64,000 bases of DNA, taken from assembly GCF_009914755.1 (NCBI RefSeq), contig NC_060934.1; one strand, given 5' to 3'. The first letter of the stretch is position 1. Every line of letters begins with the position of its first letter. The translations under genes were made by a program, and so were the position numbers. Source of the stretch: the human T2T-CHM13v2.0 reference genome, Homo sapiens. This document shows positions 57,796 to 64,000 of the stretch, in pieces. Under the pieces are notes generated by a model. That model saw nothing but the letters and a program-made list of their open reading frames with translations. It made no database searches and was not told the origin of the DNA.

Positions 57796-58758
57796 GCCTC
57801 ATAAAGCAAAATAATGGTATTCAAAGATATAACAATTATTATTTAAATTATTCACAAGAAACACTGAAAGCCTGTAACATATACTAATTTGTTTTTTGCT
57901 GAGGTTGACTTTGTGGAAGCAAGTCAAGTAACTAGTGAATGACTAGCTGACTTTCCAGCATCCGCATCTTAGGGACAACATTGTTCTCTACTCCTACATT
58001 TGTAGGAGTATGATTTTACCGTAATTTGTGCATAGTAGACTATTTCCAGTGTTTTTCAGTGAGTACTTTTGAGTTTAACTGCCTTTTTTCTTTTTTTTTT
58101 TTTTTTTGCAGTAAGGAAAACTTTCACTATAGCTTTTTAATATTGGCCATTTTCTAATTTTAACAATCATCGGAATATTTTTTTCTTTTTAAAGCTATCT
58201 CCTATAGGAAGGCAATTAGAATAATTTTTGAAGTTTATAATATAGTAAATTCTGTGATAGCATGGCCATTTATAATGCAAAATTGATATGATGTATTTTA
58301 TGTGGTCAAATTTTTTAGACCCTGCTTAATAGGCTTGGTTTTACTGTACTTTCAGTTGTAAGAATGTGGCAGATTATGAAATGCATGGCCAACTCTTGAT
58401 GTGTAGCTGAATTACATCTTGCAAAAATAACTTTGTTACTCTCTAAAATTGTAAATACAATCATAGCATTTGAAGTTCTCTGTCAAATCCAGTGAAATAT
58501 CACTGGAAAATGATATGACTCTTTTAAACCCTTAGTAAAAGACCCAAAATCCAAATGTAGGAGTAGAGAACAATGTTGTCCTTAAGATGCGGATGCCGGA
58601 AAGTCAGCTAGTCATTCACTAGCTACTTGACTTGCTTCCACAAAGTCAACCTCAGCAAAAAACAAATTAGTGTATGTTACAGGCTTTCAGTGTTTCTTGT
58701 GAATAATTTAAATAATAAGTGTTATATTTTTGAACACCATTATTTTGCTTTATGGGGC
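57796..58758. repeat. 207-bp inverted repeat (arms 57796-58002 and 58552-58758; 549-bp spacer)
   Basis: Manual alignment of the left arm with the reverse complement of the right arm: 8 mismatches, no indels. Confidence 0.95.
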
Positions 58759-61700
58759 TTTTTCTCATTATCATGTGTTACTTAGTTGGGATTTTGCCAC
58801 CAACGGTAAAAGCAACCTTTGCGATCGCAGCACTGCACTCCAGCCTGGGCAACAGAGCAAGAATCCATCCCCCCCCCCGCCCCCCAAAAAAAGCAACCTG
58901 AGATGGATTTCTTTGGCATTTTTGTTGTTTGTTTGTTTGTTTGTTTTTGGAGGCAGAGTCTCACTCTGTCCTCCAAGCTGGAAAGCTGGAGTGCAGTGGC
59001 ACAATCACGGCCTCAAGTGATCCTCCCACCTCAGCCTCCCCAGTTGCTAGGACCACAGATGCATACCACCATGCCTGGCTAATTTTTTTTGTATATTTTG
59101 TAGAAGTGGGGTTTCATCATGTTGCCCAGGCTGGTTGCAAACTCCTGGGCTCCAGTGATCCACGTGGCTTTGCCCCTAAAGTGCTGGGATTACTGGTGTG
59201 AGCCACTGCGCCTGGTTTAGGTTTATTCATTGGTGGGGAATCTGTAGCTGTGTTGGGAACCATGACTTAATACAATTTTTTAAACAGCTTGTTTTTGCTA
59301 CCTTTGCCTGTTTATGCCACAATTAATGGAACTGATCATTGTATATTGGCTAGTTAATAGGAACATAGTTTTTCCTTAATCAGCTAGAGAAAGTTTCAGA
59401 AATATATAGTTTTCCCTCAGCGATCTGTGCTGTAAAGGTCATGTCTAAAATGTCTAGACAGTACTTATAATATGACTGTTTTAAAAGCCATACCTTAGAT
59501 TTCTCACATATCTTTGCATTTGAAAATGTTACAGTGTTCAGAAAGGGTTCAGAAAAAACAAAAACACATCCTCTTGTGGAAGAAACAAATTGCTACATAT
59601 AGCAGACCTTTGCTCAATTTTGTTAATTTTCTCTTTGCACTGTTGATACTTCAGAGCAACATTGTTTCAACAGGCCTATTCTGTCAAATAAAAGGAAGTT
59701 TCTTGATGTAGGGGACGTTCAGTGGGTCCTGGACAGGAAAATGTTAATGTAGAAAAAACTACCTTAATTACCAATAAAGGACAACACAGGTTTTCCAGGC
59801 CTATTCCTCCCTGTTAATTTATTTTTAATAATTTTTTTTTAATAGAGATGAGGTCTCTCTGTGTTGGCCAGGGTGGTCTTAAACTCCTGCCTCAAGCATT
59901 CCTCCCGCATTGGCCTCCCAAATGCTGGGATTACAAGCATGAGCCACCTCACCTGGCCCTTATTGTTAATTTCAATCCATTATAAGATGACAGAAGGAAC
60001 TATTGTAAATTATAATTCATCAAATATCTCATACTTTAAAAATTTAGAGATAAACTAGAAAAAGTAGAAGAGGCATTAATCAAAGCTTTTCCATTTCAAT
60101 CCCAATGGTAAATTCCTCCTTATTTCTTTGGCGTATTTCTCAAGGTACTAGTTTGAATTATTATTTTAAAAATTTTTTAATTGTGACACACATAAAAATA
60201 GACTGTTCTAACCATTTAAAAATACACTTTAAAATGTATTATGAATTTTACATATTAATACATAATATGTATTAATAAGAAGTTTTAAAACCACCCATAC
60301 TGCTGCTAAAGAACCTAGATTAGTATGTACTATGTTTTGTCATTAAGATAAAGTCATGCAAGAGGCTATAGGTTGTTCGATCAGGGATGGAGGGTAGAAA
60401 AAAATGTCTTGAAGGAAATAGCATAGCTTGGTTGTACATTTTCACCATTCTTCATTTAACCAATATTTACTGAGTGCTTTCTATGTTATAGGTGCTAGAG
60501 GTATAGCAGAGAAAAAAACTGTACTCTCCATTCTCATGGAGTTTATGGTCCAGGGTAGAGTGGGGTAACTTATCTAGCAAGCACCTGCCCTTACACCTGG
60601 CTTTGGTATGGTTTCACACCTTCATATTGATTCTTAGTGTTCTGTGTGATATCTTTATGTTTAAAACAACATAACATTAACATAGTTTCAAATTACCCAC
60701 AACATGACCTAGAAAGTATATGTTTAAAAACACTAGAGAATTTGTTGGAAGTTGTTTCTTTTGACCTTAATGATAATATGTGCACTGTACTAAGTTCCAC
60801 GTATTAAGTACACACTGTACACTATACTAAGTAATGGTCATTATCTTTCCTTACTTCCTGAGTAACACAGAAAAGTAAACATTCAAATCATCTATATTTA
60901 AAATTTTACTGTACTTTTGCCACGTGTAAAAAATGTATAACTAAATGGCTACTCTTGACTGGTCATGCTTTTTTAGTTAAGGCCACAAAGCTGTCTTTTT
61001 GAGGTATTCTGTCAGTTGACCTTTCCTAATTTATCAGAGAGGTTAAATATATTTTGAAAATATCAGTGAGGCTTTTTGCCCCTCCCCTCCCGAGATGTTT
61101 TAGAGTGGAAATACAGTATGTATTTGTTTATTAACTATGACGTAGTAATCTAGGACATGTTTTATTGTTTAAAATGCATGACATTTCTTTCTGTTTATTT
61201 TTATGGCTTTACTGTTATGAATTAACATAATGCAAACATCTGGAGAGGAGAGGGGTTAGATTGCAACTGCTAGCATAACCTCTACTACTATGTACTCTTT
61301 CCTTTTTCTAGGCAGTCTTTAGAACAGTTGCCTGAAATCACAGGTTACATGAATCATATCTTGTTTAGCTAATTCTCGGAATTGACATCCAGATTGAAAA
61401 TGGGCCAGATTTCTTATTCTCAATAAATTTATAACCAGTGGATATTACAAAATATAATTTTCTTATGTTTTACTTATCTTCTATAGTCTTTGGTACCTTC
61501 CATGCAACTTGACATCTGTTACCTGTGTCTCCTCCATCTGTCTGTCTATCCTTCAGAGAATGAAGAATGTTACTTTTTCCTGCTAGCTGTGTGCAACAGA
61601 AGTTTTAGCCAAAAGTAGTATGGGAGTAAGTACTGTGTTCCCTCAGTCAGCCCTCCTTTTAACTTTCCCTTCTCTTCTGACCATCTAGCTTCCTTCAGAC

Positions 61701-64000
61701 CTCTCCCTCACCAAGGGCCCTGTCTACCCTCCAACATAATACTGACTCTGTCTCACGTTCTTTTCCTCTTCCCCACAAGTTCACTGTACCAGCCTTTTCC
61801 ACCATGGCCTGGCCCTGATGCTTACCCTGCTTGCCTCATAGCTGGCTATCCTGAGATAACAGGTCAGACTGCCCTCTTGTCAGATCTTTGTCTGCTCATC
61901 TCTTTGTTCTTCCTTTTATGTGGTGTCCAATCTGCTGTCCTGAAGAGAGGAATGGAGAACTACGAAAGTGGCTTTAAATCAAGAGAATCAAAGAAGCATT
62001 CTTGTGTCTCCATTCCTCTATTCAGGGAGGCAATTTTGGTTACCATCCAAAGTGGAAGAAGTAAGGATAAACAGGCTTGGAATGGATGAGAGAATGAGCT
62101 GATCTGCTACCCTCAGGGCATTTGGCTGGTGGGAGAGCAGAGGTGACCTGACATAGCATTGGGATAAAAGGATCTGCAAAAAGGAGAATCAAGAGGAACT
62201 GTGTGGCTGTGGGACAGTATCAGCAATTAGGTTAGAGAGGAGTCTAAGGTCTTTGGGCAGGAGTTCTAAGTGAAGCTGGGTAGCAGAGGACCAAAGGAAA
62301 AGTTTAAGAAGGATGGAAATTATTGAAGGAATACAGTGCCTATTGCATGGCATTTTTCAGCTTGCTATTTGGGACAAGCGTAACTGCCTCATTCAGAAGG
62401 CTGAAGTACTGCTGTGCTGATCTTTTCAGTTACTGAAACATTACATTACCAACTGATTTTTTATGTAAAACTGCTGTCACAGATTAAGGATGTTTCTCAA
62501 AGGAAGCAGGAAAAAAAAAGGTAATATAAAATATTTTTTCTTTCCTTAAAGTTGGTTCTTAAACTTGTCCCCAAGAAACTTGAACTTTTCCTTAAGTATA
62601 GTTTTAGTTACAGTAAATGTCAACTACATAACAAATATTTGAATACTGTGCAAAGTGTTGTGCGAGACAAAAAGAATGATTGAAGGAGATGAAGCCTAAT
62701 GAGGAAAATTAGACCTCATGTGACAAATTAATGTGAGAGATGCCACAAAAAAATATAATAAATACTTAAGTAGCTGTTCAAGATGAGAATTCATGTGGAT
62801 TTCAGAAAAGGAAGTAATCTCTGTTGCATAGTAGTTTGAAATGGTTTCAAGAAGGTGAAGAACTTCAGCTGAATCCTGTTGGATGGGAGCTAGCTGAACA
62901 GTTGAACAAAGAGAAAAATACTTTATTTGTTTGCTGTAGCACATTTTATTCTCTTGTTAGAGAAGCAAGCTCAGGCACACCCGAAGATCACCTCTAGTGG
63001 TGTATCTGGTTAAATTCCAGGTGATATACCCATATTCTCAGCTGTGCCTCCCACCAACAGTTCCCAGTCTCACACATGGGGCCATTATATCTGCACAGCT
63101 GCCTGCTGTTGCAGTGAGGCAGAGTACATACCCACTGCAACCCCAACCAGTGACCATTCTGGGGATCTGGCAGAAACTGGCCAGGAAACCACCCCCTTGA
63201 GGAGGGGTGAGCCACTGTAACCCTAGCTTGAAGGGGTGTGAGAGACATTCTGAGTGGAGGAAACAGTATAGGTAAAATTGTGGAAACCAAAAATACCCAC
63301 ATTTGGGAGATACTTTTTGTTTTGGATTACTTTCTGGTAGGTAAGTGTGAGCCATTGAAAGTTTTAAAGTAAGGTAGTGATTTATTCGGGGGCGTTTTAG
63401 GAAGTTAATCTGGCAACAGGATGACAAGGCAGTTGGGAGTGTGAAACTGGCACTCTCAGATGGCCTGGATTTGGGGAATATTTGTTCTGGATATAATTTA
63501 AACAAATAACAGTATACAGTTTCCTCAGGGAGAAACTGATGAGAGTTGAGTAGTCAAGGATTGAATATGAGTATTCTCCCGATATTCATATTAAGAGTAT
63601 TAAGAATAGGAGAACTAAGGAAAGAAGAGTTTGGAGAACAGGGTAATATAATGTGCAACTTAGGAAGGAAAGTATTGTAAGAATGGGGTGCTTGCTGGTC
63701 GCAGCTGTCAAAGAAGAGTCAAGAAAAATTGACCTTGTAAAAAACTATTGGATTTGGAGCCTAAGAGTTCATTGGTGACCTTCAGGTGTGGTATTTTGGT
63801 GTAGAAAGATGGAACCTTGATTTATATGGATTAAATTGTGTATGATGAGGAAATAATATTTTAAACACTTGTTCAAGATGCTTGGCAGTTAAAGTGTTCT
63901 AGAGAGTGGAGATCAAGCAGTTTATTTTCTCAGTAGAGAGAGAGCTCTGCATATTGGAAGAAGGGAATGGATTAGTAACACTGATTTGAGATATTGGAGA

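Noticed and set aside
57796-58758. Inverted repeat read as TIRs of a DNA transposon
   Set aside because: No target-site duplication or recognisable terminal motif, and 96% arm identity is too high for extinct primate DNA transposons without gene conversion.
62940-63505. Cys/Trp-rich 102-155 aa minus-strand ORFs with a nearby AATAAA
   Set aside because: No recognisable protein or splice structure; probably an old LTR/ERV or L2 remnant that I cannot assign.

Overview
Human (or closely related great ape) genomic DNA, recognisable as the FGFBP3-BTAF1 region of 10q23. It contains the complete FGFBP3 gene (minus strand, 258-aa CDS at 38295-39071, non-coding exon 1 near 39.5 kb) and the CpG-island promoter, exon 1 and start of intron 1 of BTAF1 (plus strand, ATG at 54188). 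The rest is mostly repeats: dozens of Alus, a ~7 kb old L1M, L2/MIR remnants, MaLR/ERVL LTRs, a solo LTR13-family ERVK LTR and MER DNA transposons. Two structures stand out. (1) At 26.65-27.5 kb there is an apparent chimeric retrocopy: an MLT1A LTR-derived exon joined at the MaLR splice donor to DNAJC12 exons 2-3, fused to an Alu 3' end and later interrupted by a THE1 solo LTR. It may be a fossil of an LTR-initiated germline DNAJC12 transcript. (2) BTAF1 intron 1 holds a 207-bp, 96%-identical inverted repeat not matching any repeat I recognise, with a fold-back hairpin at its inner edge. Both genes carry uORFs, and there is an orphan CpG island near 17.5 kb. Gene and repeat-family names come from recalled sequences, not database searches.
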